Assembly (NCBI GenBank): GCA_044229975.1
Contig: JBGARZ010000012.1
Location: forward strand, 224,001 to 288,000
Source of the DNA: Polyangiales bacterium
Lineage (GTDB): Bacteria > Myxococcota_A > Polyangia > Polyangiales > Ga0077539
Direction of reading: 5' to 3'
Length of the DNA: 64,000 nucleotides
The position numbers and the translations under genes are program-made. The notes under the pieces are model-generated. The model saw only the letters and a list, made by a program, of their open reading frames with translations. It was not told where the DNA came from and searched no databases. Within the stretch, counting starts at the first letter, position 1. Every line of letters starts with the position of its first letter. Positions 19,246 to 28,200 of the stretch are shown here, in pieces.

Positions 19246-19336
19246 GCCGAACGCCTGGCCGATGTGGCGCCGCAGTGGGTGCAGCAGGTTGCTAGCGGGT
19301 GAAGCGGGAGCGGTCGGCACCATCGGCTGGTTGGGC
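19246..19336 (-). other. attC site, 91 bp
   Basis: Minus strand GCCCAAC...GTTCGGC, imperfect palindrome with an unpaired G in GATGGTGCCG. Confidence 0.9.
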
Positions 19337-19358
19337 CGAACTTCTTCCCCGTTACTTG

Positions 19359-20198
19359 TCAACGATAGCCCCAGTTCCACCAATTCGAAAAGGCACGCAT
19401 GCCTTGCCGAAACGAGCGCTCGTTGTTCGCGATGTGCCAGAAACCATGCTTTTTAGGCTTCCAGCACCACAGATCCAGATTCCATTCTCCCCCGTCCACC
19501 TGCCGAGACCAGCCTAGACCCACCAGCCATCCTTCAGACCACTTACGCTCGTAGCCCTGCCATTTCCAGCCGGTTTCAGCATGATTCGTCCAGATCAAGT
19601 CCTTCTGCTTTTCGCCCCAAATGGCACTCATCTCGCTCAGATAAGCGCGTGCCGTTACCTTGGCGTCCTCATTCTCCGGTCCCCGAAGCAGCGTCTGCAC
19701 ACGAGCGGAGTCGGCGGCAGGCGGAGGGAAGCGCGCGCTAGCGCCAGTTGCCTCTTTCTCAACAAGCGACGGTAGACGGCCGTGCCTGACTGCGTATGAC
19801 AGAAGTGCGTTGCCCTCAACAGCCGAGGGGAATGCATCTCCTCTTGCGTCATGCTCCCATATCGTCGGAACCGGACACAGAGCCACACGAAACTGCTGAT
19901 GAGTAGGACAGGGGTCCAGTTCAGTCCAACGAAGTCCTCCAGAATGTCCGGCCCTTGTTCCTCCGAATCCAGCGCTTCGCCCGAACTCCAGTAACCGCTG
20001 CCTGAGAGTTCGCCTATGAGTTTCCCCGATATAGACGACCTCCCGCTCCGTGGGGTCGACAATCTTCGGAGGATCAACTGCAATAGAATAGGCACCTGGC
20101 CTTTTCAATGCCTCCGATAGCAGGGGATCGGAAGTAGCTACAATGTCATTCCAGGAATGCCATCCCGTCCACACTGGATCACTCAGCTCTGAATTCAT
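19359..20198 (-). CDS. GIY-YIG-like nuclease domain protein, cassette gene
   Basis: PGAYSI...VVYIGET..TLRQRL; bounded by attC sites; visibly lower GC than the backbone. Confidence 0.7.
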   Translation of the reverse strand: MNSELSDPVWTGWHSWNDIVATSDPLLSEALKRPGAYSIAVDPPKIVDPTEREVVYIGETHRRTLRQRLLEFGRSAGFGGTRAGHSGGLRWTELDPCPTHQQFRVALCPVPTIWEHDARGDAFPSAVEGNALLSYAVRHGRLPSLVEKEATGASARFPPPAADSARVQTLLRGPENEDAKVTARAYLSEMSAIWGEKQKDLIWTNHAETGWKWQGYERKWSEGWLVGLGWSRQVDGGEWNLDLWCWKPKKHGFWHIANNERSFRQGMRAFSNWWNWGYR

Positions 20199-20342
20199 CG
20201 ATCATTCTCCACGGGCGGTTGACGAATGTTGGGCTTCGGAGTCGCACAGATCGCCGCTTGTTCTCGGCCGAAGACTTCCGGTGACATTGGCGTCGCGAGT
20301 TGTCGCCCCAGCAACCCACGCAGACGGGGTTCTTTCACTGTA

Positions 20343-20433
20343 GCCCAACGGGTGGCCGATGTGCCGCCGCAGTGGGTGCGATGGGTTGCTGGTGGGTGAG
20401 GAGTAGGCGGTCGGCACCATCGGCTTGTTGGGC
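20343..20433 (-). other. attC site, 91 bp
   Basis: Minus strand GCCCAAC-AAGCCGATGGTGCCGACCGC...GCGGCGGCACATCGGCCACCC-GTTGGGC. Confidence 0.92.
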
Positions 20434-20437
20434 CCCT

Positions 20438-20911
20438 TCAGCGCTTGATGCGCAGAGACTCTACCCAGATGTTTGGTCGTCCCTCGAAGTGGTCGCGTAA
20501 CCTGTCTTCGACATGGCTCGCGTCCCAAACAGCGAGTCGCTCGTACGACTCACACTCTTCCGGCCGCACCAGTCTTCCAGTAACACCGTCTTCGGTCAGG
20601 AGAATCTTCGCCGGATTCACGGGGTCCTGGTTGAAATACAGTGCGGGAAGCTCCAAGGGAGCCTGAAGTGCAGCATCTCCGATCTTTTCCCAACGACCGG
20701 AGCCGTGTGCGTGCCGCATAACCGCCAACCGAAAGATGACGGTTCGTCCTGCCACCTGCGCAGCTTCGGACCGGCCCGCATCAAGACCATCGAAGAATGC
20801 ATACTCGGGTTGATTGAGCATCTGGCCGTAGGCGAACTGCCCGTTGCCGAGCGGAATGCGTACTACCGCTCCGCGCTTCCAGCGCTGCTGCTTCGGTCTC
20901 GTCGAGGTCAT
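20438..20911 (-). CDS. Imm26-like immunity protein, cassette gene
   Basis: KQQRWKRGAVVRIPL.NG..AY, AFFD, W.KIG, ERLAVW...HVEDRLRDHF.G.PN.W match Imm26-type proteins. Confidence 0.75.
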   Translation of the reverse strand: MTSTRPKQQRWKRGAVVRIPLGNGQFAYGQMLNQPEYAFFDGLDAGRSEAAQVAGRTVIFRLAVMRHAHGSGRWEKIGDAALQAPLELPALYFNQDPVNPAKILLTEDGVTGRLVRPEECESYERLAVWDASHVEDRLRDHFEGRPNIWVESLRIKR

Positions 20912-20919
20912 GTCACGCT

Positions 20920-20981
20920 GCCCAACCCCTGGCCGATGGGTCGCCGCAGCGTGTGAAGTAACTCAACCTCACTTGTTGAGC
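20920..20981 (-). other. Shortened or degenerate attC, 62 bp
   Basis: R' half (GCTGCGGCGACCCATCGGCCAGGG-GTTGGGC) conserved; R''-like GCTCAAC-AAG present; interior deleted. Confidence 0.65.
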
Positions 20982-21129
20982 GTGGTTCGTCGAGCGTGGT
21001 TCGTCGAGCGCAGCCCACAGAACGCAGCTCGATGCTTGTTGTTCGTGGTCCGTTGCTCGTTGGCCCCAACTGGTGGTCCATGGCCCGCTGCTTGCTCTTC
21101 CGTAGCCTGTCGCTCGTCGCTCTGTGGCT

Positions 21130-21220
21130 GCCCAACGGCTGGCCGATGTGCCGCCGCAGTGGGTGCGACGGGTTGGCGGCGGGCGAAGCGGGAGCGGTCG
21201 GCACCATCGGCTTGTTGGGC
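21130..21220 (-). other. attC site, 91 bp
   Basis: GCCCAAC...GTTGGGC with the same arms as the other copies. Confidence 0.92.
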
Positions 21221-21318
21221 ACGTCGCCCACTGTTTGGCGTTGGATCGCCGCGTGAAGTTCGTTGTTGATCGTGCGTCGCTCGTAGCACCATCTGCGTGA
21301 CACATCGCCCAATTTCAG

Positions 21319-21822
21319 TTAAAGTGGTCGTACGATGAAAACTCGCCGATAGCGGTCGTCCAACCCGCGTGTCGGCGGAAGTTCGCCAAGTTCTATCCAT
21401 CCGCTTTCCGCCGCGATTTTTCGAATAGTTGAATTGCCGATCGCAACGTATGCGAAAAGGTAATGAAGCGGGCTCTTCTTCGCTTCAGAGCTCGCATATT
21501 GAAGTAGACATCGACCGGCACCTCTGGCTCTTCCATGCCGAACTACATACGTACTGCTCTCGGCCCATAGCCCTGATTTGATAGGATTTGATGTCGCACG
21601 TCGGAGTGATTGCCAACCGAGCACTTGGCCGTCGTCAGCGACATACACCCAGAAGTTGAATATCCCATTGCGACTCTCGAAGTTCTTCGCGAACTGGCTC
21701 TCGATCTCCGGAATGTTTGGGTCTTCGATATCGGGGAATGTACTGATCCCATCCAACCAAATTGCAAGGATCGCCGCGTAGTCGTCGTCTCGGGCAAGGC
21801 GAATGATCGGTTCGGTGTTCAC
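21319..21822 (-). CDS. GNAT family N-acetyltransferase (YncA/Pat-like), cassette gene
   Basis: IRLARDDDYAAILAIW, AESSTYV, RARGAGRCLL (acetyl-CoA motif), N..IRK; overlaps the DMT stop. Confidence 0.85.
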   Translation of the reverse strand: MNTEPIIRLARDDDYAAILAIWLDGISTFPDIEDPNIPEIESQFAKNFESRNGIFNFWVYVADDGQVLGWQSLRRATSNPIKSGLWAESSTYVVRHGRARGAGRCLLQYASSEAKKSPLHYLFAYVAIGNSTIRKIAAESGWIELGELPPTRGLDDRYRRVFIVRPL

Positions 21823-22763
21823 GCTCGGTCGGCCTCACTAGTTGCGGCGGAGGGGATGGGCGCTATCGGATTGGCGGCATCATCGCTAGGAGGGGTCGAT
21901 CGCCGACCCGCTACGTTGAGCAGGATCGCACCAACTGCTGCCAGCCCGTATCCGAACCAATCCTCCAGCAGCGGCCGATCGCCGTGTATTGCGCCAATGG
22001 CGACGGCCCAAATAAACGAAGTTGGGGCGAGCCCGCTTGCAACGGAGGCCGGCAATCGTGCGAACGACTGGGTGAGGAGGAAGTGACCCCCAGCGGCACA
22101 CAACCCGACGGCAACAATGAGTGCAGCGCCGCTGGGGGAAGGCATTCGCCAGTGTCCGCTAGGCATCAGTGGTGCAATCAAGCAGAGCATCGCAAACAAC
22201 GGGACGAGGGAGAGGGGGCCAGGACGCACGACGACGGCGCGCCGAAGAGCCACATATCCCGATGCGGCGAACAACGCACCGACAACGCCGCGCACGAGGA
22301 CTCGATTCGAAGGATGAGATAACGGCGAACGTTGCAATACTGTGACACCGGCCACAACCAGTCCGACTCCCACAATCTGCGCCGAGGTGATGCGCTCCTT
22401 GAGAACGACAGCGGCAAGCAACGAAACGAACAGGGGGGTCAGATTGAATAGAGCGTACGAAGTACCAACGCTGGCCTCCTGGAGGTTGCCAAAGAAGCAG
22501 AGGATGGACAAGGCACCGCCAAGGCCAAATGCCCACATTGACCCCGCCTGCGGTTGAGTCAGACAACGCCAGTCGGATCGAACAACGGGCGCGATAACAA
22601 TCAGGCCGATAATGCCGCGAGCGAAAGCTACTTGGGCGGCCGGATGCCCCCCAGAGGCATGGACCAGCGCGCTAGAAGTCCCCATCAGGGCGCTGGAAGC
22701 TAGGCCGTACACGACGCCCGCCTGCGCTGTGCCCTCTCCCCCGCCGATGCGTTCTGTGCTCAT
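21819..22763 (-). CDS. DMT/EamA family transporter, cassette gene
   Basis: About ten hydrophobic segments; PLFVSLLAAVVLKERI and AIHGDRP EamA-like motifs. Confidence 0.88.
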   Translation of the reverse strand: MSTERIGGGEGTAQAGVVYGLASSALMGTSSALVHASGGHPAAQVAFARGIIGLIVIAPVVRSDWRCLTQPQAGSMWAFGLGGALSILCFFGNLQEASVGTSYALFNLTPLFVSLLAAVVLKERITSAQIVGVGLVVAGVTVLQRSPLSHPSNRVLVRGVVGALFAASGYVALRRAVVVRPGPLSLVPLFAMLCLIAPLMPSGHWRMPSPSGAALIVAVGLCAAGGHFLLTQSFARLPASVASGLAPTSFIWAVAIGAIHGDRPLLEDWFGYGLAAVGAILLNVAGRRSTPPSDDAANPIAPIPSAATSEADRA

Positions 22764-22789
22764 CGTGAAGTTGGCCTTTGCTCGAAACT

Positions 22790-22880
22790 GCCCAACGGCT
22801 GGCCGATGTGCCGCCGCAGCGGGCGCGACGGGTTGCAAGCGGGTGAAGCGTGGGCGGTCGGCACCATCGGCTTGTTAGGT
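22790..22880 (-). other. attC site, 91 bp (first cassette)
   Basis: Minus strand ACCTAAC-AAGCCGATGGTGCCGACCGC...GCGGCGGCACATCGGCCAGCC-GTTGGGC. Confidence 0.92.
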
Positions 22881-23072
22881 ACGCCCAGCGTGGGCCACGA
22901 CGCAAACACTGCGGTTCCGGGCGTTGACGCCGGTACGATGCACTCGCCGCTCGATGCCCCTGTCGTTGTCCGGTCCGTCGCGACGTCACCCATCATCTCA
23001 TGTTCGCCGTTCGTCGGCTTTGCGCCAACCAGAGTTTCCAGGGTCGACTCGCGGTCAACCTCTTTGGGTTTT

Positions 23073-23498
23073 CTAGTCACATGCCCACATGGTAGGTGCA
23101 CACACGGCGCGCCCACCACGGTGACATATCTGTCTGCCGGGTGGGCACTGGATCTCCGCCTGTTGCGATGGTTCATTGCGAGGTTGTGTTGGCTGGTTTG
23201 ACTCACTGGTCGATCCCGGAGATGGCGTATCGTAATCCGGGTTGTGATCTACCGCGCCGCATCCTCCCACCATGTAGCGGTCGCAAGCGCGATGGAAGTC
23301 GCGGGACACACGACTCCTGCACTCTGTATCGGCGCATTCAAGATATCGCGCCCTGTACTCACTCTGGAGGGAACGAACCCTCGTAACTTCTTCTTCGATT
23401 TCTTGAGTTCGGCGTTCGTCGCGCTCTGTTTGGCTTTCCCAAGCCGTGCCGGAACAACCCAAAACGACAACGCAGATGAACATTGTTGATGCCTTCAT
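23073..23498 (-). CDS. Small Cys-containing putative lipoprotein, first cassette
   Basis: MKASTMFICVVVLGC lipobox-like start; several Cys; the ORF could start at 23588. Confidence 0.55.
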   Translation of the reverse strand: MKASTMFICVVVLGCSGTAWESQTERDERRTQEIEEEVTRVRSLQSEYRARYLECADTECRSRVSRDFHRACDRYMVGGCGAVDHNPDYDTPSPGSTSESNQPTQPRNEPSQQAEIQCPPGRQICHRGGRAVCAPTMWACD

Positions 23499-23873
23499 AT
23501 CCCGCCTCGGTTCCGTTATGCTGTTTTTCCAGGACTTTCGTTCATGCCGGTCGTAGTCTTTACGCTCGCTGGAGCAGAGAGTGGTCATGGAGCAATGTTG
23601 GCCGCCTCAGTCAAGCCATAAGTGTAAGCCCAGTACTGTCTGCTTGATGGACACGCACAACGTTGGCAGGAGCGTGGCCGTGGCAATGGCGAACGCATGG
23701 CGTTTGTGTGTCGCCGTCGTCCCTGTCATCGCTACGTCTCCTTGCTCGCTGTCACGTTGGGTCGGTGCTCGCTGGTCGACGTTCATCAGCCACTGTTGGC
23801 TGATGGCGTCTGCCGGGATTTGTGGCCCAGTTCGTGCTTTTCGCGGCCCACCGTGCACGCCGCTTTCCCGGCT

Positions 23874-23976
23874 ACCTAACATCTCAGTAGGCAGCGCTCC
23901 GCTGTCTATCCACACCATACGCGTTTTAGACGGCCGCCGTCTAATCACTCCGCACATTAGACAGCTGCTGTCTAAT
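23874..23976 (-). other. Candidate attI region
   Basis: Core GTTAGGT (minus strand, 23880-23874) is the exact complement of the first attC's R'' ACCTAAC. Two TTAGAC-N7-GTCTAA palindromes lie at 23926-23944 and 23957-23975. Confidence 0.7.
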
Positions 23977-24119
23977 CCCCGAGCGCCCCCTCGCTCCCCT
24001 TCCCGTCCGCCCGTTCCCCGTCTTTCCCCTCCGACTCTTCCCGCCCGACGCAACCTCTCGCCGCTGCGCCCGATAACCCCGCGCGCCGCACGTCGCCGCG
24101 CCCCTTCGGGAGACCCGTC

Positions 24120-25070
24120 ATGACCCTGTTCGAAGCCGTCTCGGCGACCACCCGTCGCCTGCACTACTCGCCGCGCACCGAGGAGGCCTACCTCGGCTGG
24201 GTGCGCGAGTTCGTCCGCTTCCACAACCGGCGTCACCCGCGCGAAATGGGCGGCGCGGAGATCACCGCCTTCCTCAACGACCTCGCCGTGCGTCGCCATG
24301 TCTCGGCCTCCACCCAGAACCAGGCCCTCAGCGCCCTGGTCTTCCTCTACCGCAAGGTGCTTGAGCTCGAGATGCCCATGCTCGATGACCTCCAGCGCGC
24401 GAAGCGACCCACGCACCTCCCCAACGTCCTCTCGCGCCGCGACGTCCTCTCGCTGCTCGATCAGCTCGTCCCCCCGTTCCGTCTCCTCGGTGAACTCCTC
24501 TACGGCGCCGGACTCCGCCTTCAAGAGGCGCTCTCCCTGCGCATCAAGGACGTCGACCTCCAACGCCACCAGATCACCATCCGTCGCGGAAAAGGGGCGC
24601 ACGACCGCGCGGCTCTCCTCCCCACCCGCGCTCGCGAGGGACTCATCGCGCAGATCGAGGCCGTCCGCCGACTCCACCAGTCGGAGCTCACCGCGGGACG
24701 CGGCGAGGTCGACCTCCCCCACGCGCTTCGCGCGAAGATGCCCGGCGCCGCGGCGAGCCTCGCGTGGCAGTACCTCTTCCCAGCGTCGCGCCCCTGCACC
24801 GACCCCGCGACCGGACGCATCGTGCTCCATCACCTTCACGAGACCGCGCTCCAGAGGGCCATGCGCGACGCCGTCGCGGCCGCTGGCGTCGATCAGCGCG
24901 CGACCTGCCACACGCTCCGCCACAGCTTCGCCACGCACCTCCTCGAAGCCGGAACGGACATCCGCACCATCCAGACACTGCTCGGGCACAAGGACGTTCG
25001 GACGACGATGATCTACACGCACGTCGTCGACCGAGGCCCGCTGGGCGTAGTGAGCCCCCTCGACCGCTGA
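24120..25070 (+). CDS. intI: Integron integrase
   Basis: HYSPRTEEAY, SASTQNQALSAL, LYGAGLR, HTLRHSFATHLL, LLGH, TTMIYTHV, plus the IntI-specific insertion VDLPHALRAKMP...WQYLFPA; divergent from the cassette array. Confidence 0.97.
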   Translation: MTLFEAVSATTRRLHYSPRTEEAYLGWVREFVRFHNRRHPREMGGAEITAFLNDLAVRRHVSASTQNQALSALVFLYRKVLELEMPMLDDLQRAKRPTHLPNVLSRRDVLSLLDQLVPPFRLLGELLYGAGLRLQEALSLRIKDVDLQRHQITIRRGKGAHDRAALLPTRAREGLIAQIEAVRRLHQSELTAGRGEVDLPHALRAKMPGAAASLAWQYLFPASRPCTDPATGRIVLHHLHETALQRAMRDAVAAAGVDQRATCHTLRHSFATHLLEAGTDIRTIQTLLGHKDVRTTMIYTHVVDRGPLGVVSPLDR

Positions 25071-25280
25071 TGCCCCCAACATGGAGTCGCCCTTCGCCCT
25101 CTCGCCCACCGCGGATCGGCCTCCCATCGCACACCCCTCGTAACACGAATCCCCTCGACCGAACCCCGCCTCACCCCTCCGCCGTCGTCACCCCCTCGGA
25201 GTTCACCGTTTCCACCCGGTGCGGATTGCTAGACACTCCTGAGGTTCGAGGCGCGCAGGGCGCCCCGCGGGAGAACCTCC

Positions 25281-28200
25281 ATGACACCTTCGTGGCACAG
25301 GGCCATCGCGCTGCTCGCACTACTCGGCGTCGCATCCTCTGTCGGCTGTACCGACGCCCTCTCCGTCGTCGGCGGACCCACCAGCGACGCCTCGACCACC
25401 ATCGACGTCGCCAGCGACATCACCAGCACCTTCGACGCCCCCGACACCTTCGACGCGCCCGACGTCCCGCGCGAGACCCGCTGCGGCCCCGCCGAGCAGA
25501 ACTGCAACAACGTCTGCGTCGACCTCGCCAGCAACGCCACCAACTGCGGCGCCTGCGGCCTCGCCTGCGGCACCCGCCAGGTCTGCCTCGCCGGTAGCTG
25601 CCAGGATAGCTGTCCGCCCGGTCAGCTCACCTGCGCGGGGCACTGCGTCGAGCCCACCACCGACCGCGAGAGCTGCGGCTCCTGCGGCAACCGCTGCGTC
25701 GGCGACACCGTCTGCGCGGGCGGTCGCTGCGTCGACTCGTGCGCCGTCCCCGCCCCCGACGCGGGCGACGCCGCAGCACCCGCGACGCTCACCGAGTGCC
25801 GTCCCGTCGAGGGCGTCCGGCTCTGCGCCAACCTCGACAACGACCGCACCAACTGCGGCGCCTGCAACGTTCGCTGCCCCCTCGGGCAGACCTGCTACGC
25901 CGGGCGGTGCTCGGTGCTGTGCCCGGCAGGACAGACCTTCTGCACCGACCGCTGCGTCGACGTTCGAAGCGACAGCCGCAACTGCGGAACCTGCGGCAAC
26001 GCCTGCCCCGCCGGCAACGTGTGCTCCGAAGGCCGCTGCCAGGTCTCGTGCCCGGCCTCGCTCACCAACTGCGACGGCGCCTGCCGCGACGCGCAGAACG
26101 ACTCCTCCAACTGCGGCAGTTGCGGTACCACCTGCTCGGCGGGTCAGCTCTGCGTCGCCGGAACGTGCCGCCTCTCCTGCCCCAGCGGGCAGACCGCGTG
26201 CGGCGGCGCGTGCGTCAACACCACCACCGACCGCTCCCACTGCGGCGCCTGCGACAACGCCTGCCCCGCCGGCAACGTGTGCTCCATGGGCGCCTGCGCG
26301 CTCGTGTGCGCGGCACCGCTCGCGCTGTGTTCGGGCGCGTGCGCCGACCCGCGCATCGACCCTACCAACTGCGGCTCATGCGGCAACGCCTGCGCCACCG
26401 GGCAGGTCTGTCGTGATGGTGCGTGCGTCGTGTCGTGCCCCGTCGGACAGACCAACTGCTCGGGCGTCTGCCGCGACACCGACGGCGACCCCGCCCACTG
26501 CGGCGCGTGCGGCAACGCGTGCCCCGCCGGGCAGGTGTGCTCCATGGGCGGGTGCCGCTTCTTGTGCCCCGTCGGGCAGACGGTGTGCGCCGGGACCTGC
26601 GTCTCCACCGCCACCGACCGCGACCACTGCGGCATGTGCGGTCGCGTCTGCCCGACCAGTAACGTGTGCTCGGCAGGGACGTGTTCGCTCACCTGCGCCG
26701 CGCCGCTCACGCGCTGCGGGTCGGGCGACACCGCCGGGTGCGTCGACCCGCGCGTCGACTCCGGCAACTGCGGCGCGTGCGGCAACGTCTGCCCCGCCGG
26801 TCAGGTCTGCCAGAGCGGGACGTGCACCGTGACCTGCCCGCCGGGACAGTCCATCTGCTCGGGCGCGTGCCGCGACCTCTCCAGCGACATCGCCAACTGC
26901 GGCGCCTGCGGTAGCGCCTGCGCCGCGGGGCAGATCTGCGTGGGGCGATCGTGCGTGCTCTCGTGCCCGACGGGGCAGACCGACTGCTCGGGGCGCTGCG
27001 TGTCGTTGCAGACCGATCGTGATCACTGCGGCGCGTGCACCACCGTGTGCCCCACGGGCAACGTCTGCTCGGGCGGCGCCTGCTCGCTCGTGTGCGCGGC
27101 GCCCCTCACGCTCTGCGCCGCGGGCTGCGCCGACACGCGCATCGACCCGGTCAACTGCGGCTCGTGCGGAACCCTCTGCGCCGCAGGTCAGGCCTGCCGC
27201 GAGGGGAGCTGCACCATCACCTGCCCGCCCGGTCAGACCAACTGCTCGGGCGTCTGCCGCGACCTCAACACCGACCTCGCCCACTGCGGCGGCTGCGGCA
27301 TCGCGTGCCCCGCGGGTCAGCTCTGCGCCGTCGGGACGTGCCGCGTGTCGTGCCCGCCCGGTCAGACCAACTGCTCGGGCACCTGCCGCGACACGGCGAG
27401 CGACCCCGCCAACTGCGGCGCCTGCGGGACGGCCTGCCCCGCGGGTCAGGTGTGCGGGTCAGGGACGTGCCGGCTGTCGTGTCCCGCGGGTCAGGCCGCG
27501 TGCGGCAGCGCCTGCGTGTCGACGACCACGGACCGCGACAACTGCGGCGGCTGCGGAACACGCTGCCCCACCGGCAACGTCTGCGTGGCTAGCGCGTGCG
27601 TGCTGGACTGCGCCTCGCCGCTCACCCGCTGCGGCTCCGGGCTGACGGCGGCCTGCGTCGACACGCGCCTCGACCCGGCCAACTGCGGGACGTGCGGGAC
27701 GGTCTGCGCCGCGGGGCGCACCTGCCAGTCGAGCGCGTGCGTGGTGACGTGCCCGCCGGGGCAGACCAACTGCTCGGGAACCTGCCGCGACACCGCGGTG
27801 GACGGCAGCAACTGCGGCGCCTGCGGGACGGTGTGCGGCGCGGGCCGGGTCTGCGCGGCGGGCTCGTGCACGTCGAGCTGCATGAGCGGACAGACCACCT
27901 GCGGCGGGTCGTGCGTCAACGCGCAGACCGACGACGCCAACTGCGGAACCTGCGGCACCGTGTGCTCTGGCGCGACGAGCTGCGTGGCGGGAGCGTGCGT
28001 CCCCTACGTGAGCTGCAACGCGCTGCACGTGGGGCGACCGGCGCTGCCTTCGGGCGAGTACGACATCGCGCCGGTGTCGAGCGGATCGTCGGTGCGGGTC
28101 TACTGCGAGATGACCCTCAACGACGGCGGCTGGACGCTCATCGGCTCGGTGGTCAACGGCGGGACGCGCGCGTGGTCGACGCTGGAGACCTTCCGTGATG

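Noticed and set aside
20908..21400. Small ORFs containing PNKPMVPTA (also near 18437-18628, 20202-20528, 22760-23206)
   Set aside because: The shared peptide is just the translated attC sequence.
18546..22880. The repeated 91-bp elements as a CRISPR array
   Set aside because: Too long, separated by whole genes, bounded by RYYYAAC/GTTRRRY and next to intI; no cas genes. They are attC sites.
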